Below are positions 48,701-56,926 of a stretch of DNA of 64,000 nucleotides, in pieces. The translations under genes and the position numbers were made by a program. The stretch covers positions 1 to 64,000 of the IMG/VR virus record IMGVR_UViG_3300036766_000686; one strand, given 5' to 3'. How positions within the stretch are numbered: position 1 is the first letter of the stretch; every line of letters starts with the position of its first letter. This DNA is from a virus. The notes beneath the pieces are model-generated. The model saw only the letters and a list, made by a program, of their open reading frames with translations. It had not been told where the DNA came from and did no database searches.

Positions 48701-50824
48701 TGAGAGTAAATCCGAAGCACCAATAGCATCCGAAACCAACTTGTGAAATTCCCATCCACTTGAGAGTAAATCCAAGACTCCAACAGCGTCCGAAACTGGC
48801 TTGTGAAATTCCCATCCTCTTGAAAGTAAATCCGAGACTCCAACAGCGTCGGTAACGAGCTTCTCAATCCCAAGCGATCGATTGAGGAGGTCGGTCGCAT
48901 TAATCGTTTCCGAAATCGCACGGAGAGAATTTACCGAACGCGCAAGCGCATCGGTACTCGACACAGAATCGGAAATAGATTGTTCAAACAGTTGCCCAAC
49001 CTGTGCGAACGTGATCCGAAAATATATCTGCCTCGTAGTATTGTTAACGACCCATTTAATCGTGTCTTTGTCCTGATAAACTCCACGCCGCTCGAAAGTG
49101 GGCGACCCTCCCGGCGTTCCAATATCACCGTTGCTGTCAGCCAATACGGATGCGCCGGTATCTCGGGCTCTCTCGCTCGTGTTTCCTGTGCGGGTAAATA
49201 GCCCGCTATACTGATTAAGTCCCCCAGAAACTTGAACCGAACCGACGAAAGAAGATCCAAGCGTATCGTTCACTTGGTCAGAGTTGCTGTCAGCTCCAAA
49301 TAGGAGCATGGCGGCAATGCTCTCCCCGTTGGCAAAAATCACGTCGTCCTGATTTGTGTCGGCTACCCCGGAAGCGTCACCGTTAGCGACCTCACCTTCC
49401 AAATAGTATCGCTTGCCGTTAAAGTTCAACGCGAGCACCTGAACATCATCGGCATTAGTGAATCCCGTCCACGAAAATCCGTTCGACAGCCACTCCGAAA
49501 TCCAGTTCCGCCAAGTCAAAGTGCTTGAATCGGTTTGTTGTGAGAAGGCTCCCGGTGACACCACGTGATTGAAATTAGATGCGGCAGGTCCTGCCGATAA
49601 ACTCCAACAACCACTCGCTCCGCCCTTGCCCGCAAACCCGAGCATCATCGCGGCAGTGGTTCTTATCTGGTCAGTCCATCCGTCGATACACTGAGAAATA
49701 CCAAATAGAAAATCCGGTGCCCACGGGTAACCCGTATGGCTCGCCGTGTCGGCTGAACAGGTTATCATGGTCGCGCGCAGATCCGCTCCTCCTAGCGCGA
49801 TGTATCGCAACTCCTTCCCACTTGAAACCGCCGTCCAGTTGAGCCTAAAGCCGTTCGTAATTTTACTGTAGGTAGCCAGCATGTCCGGGGAACCAAGCGT
49901 GCTATTTCCCGCCGTGTAATAGCCGACGATCTCTCCATTGCGAGAGTAGCCGCTATGCGAAGTCCCCCCGCTATCATGCCACATTCCGACGCATCCTTGA
50001 GTTACGCCTGTCACCCCGTCGTCCGCTCCGGCGCCAAACATCAACTCGGCGTCCTCGGTGACGTTACCATCCGATACGCCAATAGAAAAAATCAACAACG
50101 CCTTCACGTCAAAACCGACCGTTGTATCCTGATTCCCTGTACTGCCGGGACAAGTGATCGTCCCGGTCTTAACTTTGATATCCGCTTTGGTAGTACTATC
50201 CGAAGGTTGAATAATCAGAGTAAAGGAACAAAACTCGTTATTAGTAGAACGATTGATGGTTGGTGCACCAGTGCTTCCAGCCGAAGCAAACGCCTTGGTA
50301 TACATCCCGTAAGAGAGGGCGGAACCGACATCCTCTTCGCTACGCTCGGTCCACGTTGCATCCGAGATATAAATATCAACGGTCGCATTATTGTACCAAG
50401 TGTAGGCGATGACAGCCATCGTACCATCGACCTCGGTGCTCTGTGCCTTCGTGGGAATAAGGTCGTCGTTCCCAATAACCCCTGAATAGCGCCGAATCGG
50501 TTTGGCTTGATCTACTCCGCGATACACCGTTAAAATCGAGCCGACATACATCGAGGAACCGAAGTTAAAAGTCGGATTCGACTCTGATCCCGAAGTGGCG
50601 ATTTTCCAAAAAGAGATAAGTCGAATAGGTGTATAATCAACGCACGGTCCCCAATGCCATCCTGCAGGCGGATAGCAATGCATATTGGTAGTGTCGCCGC
50701 CTCCGTATACGTGCAAGGTTACGAGCAACAAATCACCCGCCTGATGTGACGGCATCGTGATCGTCAGGCTCGTGCCCGGATTGGCAATAGAGGCCGCGCT
50801 TTTGCTGATATAACTGACCGCCAC
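45779..50824 (-). CDS. 1681-aa tail protein: beta-rich domains, 20-aa repeats, propeller, P2 gpI-like baseplate domain and lectin-like C-terminus
   Basis: DVEKCPDELLQYLKRIVGW...RRLISVSVPMWRRRG (tail_P2_I-like), SDAVGVLDLLSSGWEFHKLV repeats, and YWTD-like propeller repeats. Confidence 0.75.
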   Translation of the reverse strand: MAVSYISKSAASIANPGTSLTITMPSHQAGDLLLVTLHVYGGGDTTNMHCYPPAGWHWGPCVDYTPIRLISFWKIATSGSESNPTFNFGSSMYVGSILTVYRGVDQAKPIRRYSGVIGNDDLIPTKAQSTEVDGTMAVIAYTWYNNATVDIYISDATWTERSEEDVGSALSYGMYTKAFASAGSTGAPTINRSTNNEFCSFTLIIQPSDSTTKADIKVKTGTITCPGSTGNQDTTVGFDVKALLIFSIGVSDGNVTEDAELMFGAGADDGVTGVTQGCVGMWHDSGGTSHSGYSRNGEIVGYYTAGNSTLGSPDMLATYSKITNGFRLNWTAVSSGKELRYIALGGADLRATMITCSADTASHTGYPWAPDFLFGISQCIDGWTDQIRTTAAMMLGFAGKGGASGCWSLSAGPAASNFNHVVSPGAFSQQTDSSTLTWRNWISEWLSNGFSWTGFTNADDVQVLALNFNGKRYYLEGEVANGDASGVADTNQDDVIFANGESIAAMLLFGADSNSDQVNDTLGSSFVGSVQVSGGLNQYSGLFTRTGNTSERARDTGASVLADSNGDIGTPGGSPTFERRGVYQDKDTIKWVVNNTTRQIYFRITFAQVGQLFEQSISDSVSSTDALARSVNSLRAISETINATDLLNRSLGIEKLVTDAVGVSDLLSRGWEFHKPVSDAVGVLDLLSSGWEFHKLVSDAIGASDLLSSGREFHKPISDSAEISDLLSIAGESTKSVSDSIDVTPSHLLQDGYSYVFRMVKWGPYLYWTDDTLQRAYSLPISGGVPSLLASGQSMVAGIAVDGINVYLADKWGGAIRKVPIGGGSVTDLATGLNNPGEVVTDGEYVWWTTGGGKIQRIHCDGSGSVEDIVTGQGTIQGLEKDDGFLYWITNTPSLRVRRVAKDGGSVTNVTNAQASNGPMTLTLYGDWVIFTNGTTVVHVKKVLKTAVENNGATFAFLPSPSYWPLDLSVAGDWVYFEHNGAIKRYLIPGINVGETLYNFGASTPVSGLVAYRSSVYVGISNQRKIYRFGGDLDFELSMERLSSDSMDVAEEISQRFEFGRSASDEFEFSDELRLGQEMGLSAGADSLVLNDEVRSEVDQAQALADEIGAEDRLEQEYEGERKTQDSATLVETIGTELQAEKTETETLEVLDEVAKEETFERKENDTVGMEGEWIEIEAERFVGSFDSLTLTERTNFEARYLRDFSSSLSLSETLAVGVTFEVRIADTMTLIEDCDHFAEYDRTFVDGLAISDFIYRGNFFLRDFSDTLSIDKSEVYGQAVPTVLLTPRSLYEFLIEPVRMEDQRVGNKLLWRWLLGPQLVWERLVELYKTVPELWDVEKCPDELLQYLKRIVGWTPDLSSITDGLSYDELRRLISVSVPMWRRRGPESATREILYFATGARNRILNWFDYRWIMEETGIWEEHAHSDPWVIAHPGEGLGDEYWSTIRIVDNGALNRDLVLSLLRLMRPSGENFEVFYLGLLDLFEKDADFTQWNPTLTDATVSVSGGTMEIDADSASGVGTLLSSVNWADFGHGLYTVKAKVESSQSSPVFEMRQMVSSDGLDYYSARIVFGVDGNSSITISKVVGGSVVSSVTYTRNEIGIPIYLGAWYAYRFEISDHPVYSNWLRFYVDNVLVHDDADYLTAFVSGNVGLGAEKSVVTIDEVEVMPLPLESDTIEINS

Positions 50825-50825
50825 T

Positions 50826-50903
50826 TCAAGTTCCTATCGTGATAGTAATGGTTCCCGCAATCGGAAGTTCCGTTGAGCCAAGCGATAAATCCGCCGCCGC
50901 CAT
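50826..50903 (-). pseudogene. Remnant of an alternative baseplate-J C-terminus
   Basis: Translates MAAADLSLGSTELPIAGTITITIGT*, compared with ASDLTLSAYELPVAGSIAIVEG* at the end of the upstream gene. Confidence 0.65.
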
Positions 50904-50959
50904 CGTTCATATAAGGCGAAGGAATCAGAAATTTTACGGGTTATCAGGGTCACGGCTTA

Positions 50960-53122
50960 TTAACCTTCAACGATAGCGATTGACCCCGCCACAGGCAACT
51001 CGTAAGCGCTCAAAGTTAAGTCGGAAGCGCTACCGTTAATTTTTAGCCCTGTTACTCGGTATATACTGGGGTCGGCGGCAAAAATCTCGTGGTAAATGCG
51101 TGATAAATAAACGTCACCACCAAAACTCCATTCAAAGTTAATGCCATCTGCTTTTTTTGCATCGGGTTGAAGAAGAGCCGCGATAACCGCCTCGATTGCC
51201 GAGATACTGACCGCTCCATAGACCGTTGCTTCAATGTCCACGATCTTTCGTTGATAGTTCAACGCGAGAACCTCTTGGTTCGCTACGAGGCGTTTTCGCA
51301 CAGGTGGGAGCGCGGTATCGTCTCCGTTAAAATAAGTCTGTATCTCCTCGAGTTGTTCCGCACTCGCAACCCCAGCTCCCGACACAGCAAGAATAAGAAT
51401 AATGGTCTTGGGTAACGCCAGCCCTCCCTCGATTGCACAAGCGCGAATAAACGGACGCGCTCCTGCTTCATTTTCATACTCCAGCGTCAATAACTCCACA
51501 TCGTCCGGACCTAACGCAACCTCACTGATACGCAACGAGGCCGGGCCCCTGACCTTCGCTATTTCTAAGCTCTCCTCGCTCGCCACGTCCGATTCCTGCC
51601 AACCTATTGCGGGTCGAGGGTTCCAGAGAGTATTTACCACGGCCAACCCCGACTTATCCGCAACGATTGTCCCCGCGCCTACGTTCCCGTTATCGTTCGC
51701 GCCTTTACGATACGTTACCGAAACTACCCCGCTGGGAATCGCTCCCGTTACCCCGTCTCCGAATTTTATACTCGCCTTATCATTCTCCCCGAGCACCACG
51801 CGATAATGACGATCGGTGGAAACGCTCTGGAGGAAGTTCGTCACGCGTGCCCATGTCGTGCCCGCTACCGTTACCGTATCGCTCCCGTCAATGAATCCCT
51901 CCTGAGACGTTGCGAAGGTAAGCCCCGCGGTCACTCCATCTCCAGTGCCGATATTCGAATCAATCTGGCGCTGTCCTTGCACCGCGACCGCCTTCACGTA
52001 TTGCCCCCCTTGATCAATCCTTAGCCGATAGATTTCGGGAGAGGCAGGGCCGGAGACGGAAATCAAGCGATAGCGCAACCAGTACGCCTCGATTCCATTG
52101 ACCTCGCACTTGTTCCACTGTTGCGTCAAGGACTCGGGGAGAGTGTAAGAGACCGAGCCTCCCGCGTTCCAGTTCGAAGTGCTATCGGTCGTGGTCAACT
52201 CTTTCCACTCCGTTCCTACCGTGTAATCGTTGACGTCACTTGCGTTCGCCTCGCTTACCGTCTGCCCAAGGAGCGTTGTCGTGTGAATCTTATTTTCCCC
52301 CGACTCCCAAACCGAAACGCACTCCTCGTAGGCTCCGGAACTGTCGAGTTGAACCCGAACGATTGTGCCTACACGTTTCGCTGTGCCGAGGATGCTATTG
52401 ACGCCGAATACCAACGTTCCACCGTCAACAACCTTCGTGCCCGGCTTCCCCGTCAAGACGTCGCCATCATAGTATTCCCAGATACCTGTGAGCCCGCTCC
52501 CACCCGTTTTCAATGTTACCCCGAGCTTGTCCCACATGACTCCAGAATGGCCGACGTAAAGCATGTCCCCAGCGGCAGGCGTAGCCCACGGAACAAAAGA
52601 AGCGGACGGACCCGTGTTCGCCTCAAGCGTATAGTCCGTATAAACACTACTTTCCAAAGCGAACACCGCGGTCAAAAACCCGTTGGCGCTCGCGGCGACA
52701 CCCAACGCCTCAAGGAACTCGAAAGGTACGGACTTCTCGGTAAGGGTAGCGCGGGTAGCGACTTGGGCAAACGCCGATAAGACCTGTGTGCTTGCGGCTA
52801 GAGCGGCAGTCAGTTTACATACAATATCAGCAGAGGCGGGATTGGCGGGAGATAACTCGTACCCGATAAGACGAAGCATGTTCCGCACGACCTCAGGGAG
52901 CTTAGCGGTGGGGAGCGTGGATTCGTTTGCCACCATGTCTATATCACACGAGTTAAGATGCCCCACCAGCGCCATCGCGCGAAGCGTTTGGATCAAGGGG
53001 TCTTGCGGGGATTCGTCCGTGTGCTCGGGGCAATTAATGCGTTTATCTGCAATCAACGCCTCAAGAATTTGAGGGTAATAAAATGCCGTCCACTTGAAAT
53101 TCGGAACGCTTATTGTTGTCAT
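50960..53122 (-). CDS. Baseplate J / gp6-like wedge protein
   Basis: DESPQDPLIQ...ANESTLPTAK...LIGY, FGDGVTGAIP, YRKG...GNVGAGTI. Confidence 0.85.
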   Translation of the reverse strand: MTTISVPNFKWTAFYYPQILEALIADKRINCPEHTDESPQDPLIQTLRAMALVGHLNSCDIDMVANESTLPTAKLPEVVRNMLRLIGYELSPANPASADIVCKLTAALAASTQVLSAFAQVATRATLTEKSVPFEFLEALGVAASANGFLTAVFALESSVYTDYTLEANTGPSASFVPWATPAAGDMLYVGHSGVMWDKLGVTLKTGGSGLTGIWEYYDGDVLTGKPGTKVVDGGTLVFGVNSILGTAKRVGTIVRVQLDSSGAYEECVSVWESGENKIHTTTLLGQTVSEANASDVNDYTVGTEWKELTTTDSTSNWNAGGSVSYTLPESLTQQWNKCEVNGIEAYWLRYRLISVSGPASPEIYRLRIDQGGQYVKAVAVQGQRQIDSNIGTGDGVTAGLTFATSQEGFIDGSDTVTVAGTTWARVTNFLQSVSTDRHYRVVLGENDKASIKFGDGVTGAIPSGVVSVTYRKGANDNGNVGAGTIVADKSGLAVVNTLWNPRPAIGWQESDVASEESLEIAKVRGPASLRISEVALGPDDVELLTLEYENEAGARPFIRACAIEGGLALPKTIILILAVSGAGVASAEQLEEIQTYFNGDDTALPPVRKRLVANQEVLALNYQRKIVDIEATVYGAVSISAIEAVIAALLQPDAKKADGINFEWSFGGDVYLSRIYHEIFAADPSIYRVTGLKINGSASDLTLSAYELPVAGSIAIVEG

Positions 53123-53502
53123 TATTCGGGCCTCGTTGAATAACTCTTGGCGAACTCCTCGACCTTGTCACTCTCAAGGTTAACATATTTGAAGGTAACT
53201 TTTAATTCTCCTTCCGCCTCAATCGTGAATTCTACCGTTTCTCGCATCAATCTAAAAAGCTTCCTTTGCTCGAAATCAACAAAGATCGCGGACAGGCGGC
53301 TCAGTATGTCCGACCTTAGTTCCGTCGTGTCTCCTTTGAATATCGGGGCGTCCCCAAGGTTTATGTCCTGTTGGAAAGCGTGGGCGCTCTCCCCGCTCGA
53401 CAACGCGATGGAGATTAATTGAAAGGCTTGCTCGTCCCCTTCGACCATTTGGGTTCGACCTGCCTTGTCTACGCTTACAGGTATTTTAATTCCTCGTGAC
53501 AT
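53122..53502 (-). CDS. Baseplate wedge gp25/GpW-like protein
   Basis: GIKIPV...GE...LG pattern, size, and position before baseplate J. Confidence 0.65.
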   Translation of the reverse strand: MSRGIKIPVSVDKAGRTQMVEGDEQAFQLISIALSSGESAHAFQQDINLGDAPIFKGDTTELRSDILSRLSAIFVDFEQRKLFRLMRETVEFTIEAEGELKVTFKYVNLESDKVEEFAKSYSTRPE

Positions 53503-53508
53503 AACACC

Positions 53509-53757
53509 TCAAGATAACCCGCCGGTGCTTTTATCGGGGTCTCCCGTAAGACTAACTGGCGCGGCGTTGGGAACCCCAGCTTGTGCAGCTACAAGAAAAG
53601 TTCCTGTTGGAACAGTGACTTCCGCTACCGCTGTTTTAACGTAAGTGTCTATCGCGTTCGCTAAGGCCTGCGCCGCTTGCGCCGCGGTCTTTGACGTTCC
53701 AAGGTCTTCGAATACGGATTGTATAGCCGTTTTCAACGTGGTCTTGTTAAGGGACAT
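53509..53757 (-). CDS. Small baseplate-region protein
   Basis: 82-aa ORF with LANAIDTYVKTA. Confidence 0.6.
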   Translation of the reverse strand: MSLNKTTLKTAIQSVFEDLGTSKTAAQAAQALANAIDTYVKTAVAEVTVPTGTFLVAAQAGVPNAAPVSLTGDPDKSTGGLS

Positions 53758-53773
53758 TTTTTTCTACCTTTAG

Positions 53774-54103
53774 CTAATCGAGCGGACAAGGTGGGAGTTG
53801 TGGAAGGGAAGGTAAAGCAGGGAAAGGGGGGATAAGAGGGGGGACAGGCGGGAAGGGGATACCTGGAATCGGAGGTAGGGGGATAGCAACTTCAAACGAA
53901 GGCAATTGTGGAAGGGAAGGTAAAGCAGGGAACGCAGGAAGGGGGATAGGCGGGAAGGGGATATCTGGAATCGGCGGTAGGGGGATAGCAACTTCAAACG
54001 AAGGCAATTGTGGAAGGGAAGGTAAAGCAGGGAAAGGGGGGATAAGAGGGGGGACAGGCGGGAAAGGGATACCTGGAATCGGCGGTAGGATACATTTCGA
54101 CAC
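53774..54103 (-). CDS. Proline-rich tandem-repeat protein (MSKC...CPLD)
   Basis: Three ~38-40-aa repeats of LPPIPGIPFPPVPPLIPPFPALPSLPQLPS. GAGG RBS. Confidence 0.65.
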   Translation of the reverse strand: MSKCILPPIPGIPFPPVPPLIPPFPALPSLPQLPSFEVAIPLPPIPDIPFPPIPLPAFPALPSLPQLPSFEVAIPLPPIPGIPFPPVPPLIPPFPALPSLPQLPPCPLD

Positions 54104-54106
54104 ATA

Positions 54107-54931
54107 CTACCTCACCATAAGCACTTTTGCCTTTACGACGTCAAAGGCCAGAGGCGGTACTTCAAGAGGAGGACCACTTGGGCCGGTGCCGGTCGGGTGC
54201 GTGTGCGCTCGGAAGATTGTCAAAAACTGATTGGCAAGGACGGCGGGTTCGAGCAACGCCAGCGGGCTCCCGTCGCCTCCTACGTTCACCGTGGGCGCCT
54301 GTATCTGAATGTACCCACCCTTTGCGCTAAGTTCGATAAACCCACCTTTCTTGTCCACGAGCTTGATCCCATCCGTGTTTGTCGCAAGCAGGTTCCCAAA
54401 TTCGTCAATCACCGCAAGTTCCCCGCTTGCCGCGTTGAGATAAATCAACGATCCGTTTTTGTTGGCGACAACGACCGACCCGTCCTCGTCAATTGAAAAT
54501 ATCGCATAGTGCCCCGCTCCATCGTGCCACGCGAGATTGATCTTTCGCGCTCCCTCCGTATCGTCAAAGCACAACACATGCCCGCCCGGAGTGCAAAACC
54601 CACGCCTCTTGCCGTAGTTCGTCTGGAACATTTCATTGGGCGTGACGGTGGGAGAAAAGAACCTGTCCCCGCACCAGCGAACGTTGGGAGTGGAGAGAAA
54701 CGATTGTCCCCGAACCTCGTCCGTCGAGCTTCCCGCATCCACTTCGATTTCTACTTGCTCTCCTACGTCCGGCACCAACACAAAACCCCACGTCAACTTG
54801 GGCTCGACCCACTGATTATAAACGACCTTCTCGCTTCCCAACAAAGCCCCACACTTGACCTTAATGCGGAATCGGTTTTCGGGGTCGCTCGTATCTGCGA
54901 CAACGGCAATATGGCGCTCGGTTCTTATCAT
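54107..54931 (-). CDS. Baseplate central spike (gp5/gpV-like)
   Basis: DPENRFRIKV, VPDVGEQV OB fold, TPGGHVLCFDD, and C-terminal HTH (His-x-His) iron tip. Confidence 0.85.
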   Translation of the reverse strand: MIRTERHIAVVADTSDPENRFRIKVKCGALLGSEKVVYNQWVEPKLTWGFVLVPDVGEQVEIEVDAGSSTDEVRGQSFLSTPNVRWCGDRFFSPTVTPNEMFQTNYGKRRGFCTPGGHVLCFDDTEGARKINLAWHDGAGHYAIFSIDEDGSVVVANKNGSLIYLNAASGELAVIDEFGNLLATNTDGIKLVDKKGGFIELSAKGGYIQIQAPTVNVGGDGSPLALLEPAVLANQFLTIFRAHTHPTGTGPSGPPLEVPPLAFDVVKAKVLMVR

Positions 54932-56076
54932 GCGAGAATCTTCCTTGCTGTAAAATCACAAGTGTACCCGCTATCCCTGTCGAACTTGTGAGCCACACGA
55001 GAGAAATAATAGTCCCCAGTTAAAGACATACTCGGCAAGGTGAGAGAGTGGGTTTGCCTTGCGCGTAAGTCCTCGATTCCGATCACCGACCCACGCCCCA
55101 TCACAAAATTTTCCCGCTTGCGCTTGAACCATTCCTGCGCCCACACCTTCATGTCCACGGCGCTCGAAAACTTTTTATCCGTGATAACGTCCACAGCGTA
55201 ATCCCCAAACATCAACCTTACCACCGCCCCTGCCGTCGTGTGTGTTTCGTCAACGACTTTGGAAGGGTCGCCTTGGTACTTGACGTCTGGAGCGTTCGCT
55301 AGATCGTCGAACTCCTCCACGTAAAGTTCATCGGTTAGAGGGTTGCGGGACTGGACTTGCAACCGAGTGACCGCGCCGGTTAGCGCAAGCTCGGGCCGGA
55401 ACTCTAACAACGAACACGATCCCACCGCGTGTTCGAAAGTATATTTTTTGTCCTGTATCATCCCGCTTCGGTTGTCGGGATTTACAAAGTATAGACACCA
55501 TCCAAGCACCTCGTTGTAATCGACCCAGAATAAATACCCCACCAAGTTCGCCAACCCTTTTACGAATTCGAAATCGGACATGTCCGACTTTTGAGGAGAG
55601 GTATTGCGGTTGGGCGTTGGGTCCACAAACGCCTTGAAGTTATAAGGAGCGCAAGCCGCAATCCGTTCAATGGCTTGGTCGATCTGGAATACCTCGAACT
55701 GAGTTATTGATTCCTCTTGAGGACGAGCGTCCTTCGGCTTGTTTTGGGTCATTAGAATATCCTTTGTATACCCCTTGATGGTGATTGTCGGCATCCCATC
55801 TTGGACAAAGGATAGTTCGGGTTTGCAGATTATTACCCGCCCGATAAAAGACAACTGTGTGCCGTAACCGCACCAAATATCTAGTTCGTTTCCCGGCTGC
55901 CATAGCGGGGAATCGCATAGGATATAATCTGGGTTGGCAAGCGTCACGCGAGCCTCGTCCACTACCCCGTCCGCACTCTCGTACTCGACGGACTGAACCA
56001 AGTCGGAAATCCCCGTTCCGAGTTTGTTGCCCGCAACTGCTACTTCGAAATTCGGGGCGAGGTCATCGTTGCTCAT
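54928..56076 (-). CDS. Baseplate hub / late control D-like protein
   Basis: GYG...F.G, Q..MSDFEFVKGLA..VGY, GRGSVIG..DLRA, G.YY...V.H...GY.C.F. Confidence 0.85.
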   Translation of the reverse strand: MSNDDLAPNFEVAVAGNKLGTGISDLVQSVEYESADGVVDEARVTLANPDYILCDSPLWQPGNELDIWCGYGTQLSFIGRVIICKPELSFVQDGMPTITIKGYTKDILMTQNKPKDARPQEESITQFEVFQIDQAIERIAACAPYNFKAFVDPTPNRNTSPQKSDMSDFEFVKGLANLVGYLFWVDYNEVLGWCLYFVNPDNRSGMIQDKKYTFEHAVGSCSLLEFRPELALTGAVTRLQVQSRNPLTDELYVEEFDDLANAPDVKYQGDPSKVVDETHTTAGAVVRLMFGDYAVDVITDKKFSSAVDMKVWAQEWFKRKRENFVMGRGSVIGIEDLRARQTHSLTLPSMSLTGDYYFSRVAHKFDRDSGYTCDFTARKILA

Positions 56077-56918
56077 CCGTACCTCACGATCGAGGACGAA
56101 TAGGACAAGCTGTTACGGTCAACGACGTCTTGCCTCAAAGTTTTTTGGTCAGAGGTTTTCGTTGAGGTGACTCCCTGAAAAATCAACGAACGAGGCTTGA
56201 CCGCAGTAGTGCGCAAGGATTCCACGGAGTGTAACGTCACCACCTCTCCCTCGCTCAATAGCAACTTGTCGGGGTGTTGCTTGCGAACGAGGTCGCCAAG
56301 CATCGGGTTCCCATATTCGAAATAGGCTAAATACTCGAAATAGTCTCCTTGCTTTGCGCGATGGTAACGAGTCTGAGGCAAGGGCTCGGATTTCAGTTCG
56401 AACTTGGTATAAGCGCGAAGGGTGATCGTAGAGTTCCACCCGCGGATCCCACCCGCTCTTTCCTTCGGCGGATCGTAATACTGAACATCCCCGAGGGACA
56501 TTACCGCCGATCGCATTGACACCTCTCCGTCACCGAGCGTAAAAGCGACAAGAGGCGGGCGTAAAAGTTTAGGATCGCGCTTCGACCAGTTTTTCAAAAC
56601 CTTTAGAATTTTAGCAGGCGTTTCGTCCTTGTCGTCCGTAGCGAAAAAATAGGCATTGAAAGTAAGTTGGTCCCCGCTCCCGTGAACGTATTGCAGAATA
56701 GGCTCCCCGCGATTAAGCGAAGTATGCTCCGCGTAGACCGACACGCCGGGCTGTTCCTTGAGGTCCGAAGGACCAAACTGCCCCTTGACCTTTTCTTTCG
56801 TGTCGAGATTAGATAGTTCCCAGCGGTGAATACGCTTTGTAAAAAGCGAGGAGAGCAAAGGACCGAAAGCGCCAGCCGCAACCCTTGCAACGTTTCCCGC
56901 TATACCTTCGCCTGCCAT
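56073..56918 (-). CDS. Tail tube initiator (LysM-like C-terminus)
   Basis: QFGPSDL...PILQYVHG...RPPLV, then GDYFEYLAYFEYGNP. Confidence 0.75.
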   Translation of the reverse strand: MAGEGIAGNVARVAAGAFGPLLSSLFTKRIHRWELSNLDTKEKVKGQFGPSDLKEQPGVSVYAEHTSLNRGEPILQYVHGSGDQLTFNAYFFATDDKDETPAKILKVLKNWSKRDPKLLRPPLVAFTLGDGEVSMRSAVMSLGDVQYYDPPKERAGGIRGWNSTITLRAYTKFELKSEPLPQTRYHRAKQGDYFEYLAYFEYGNPMLGDLVRKQHPDKLLLSEGEVVTLHSVESLRTTAVKPRSLIFQGVTSTKTSDQKTLRQDVVDRNSLSYSSSIVRYG

Positions 56919-56926
56919 CGTGTCAC

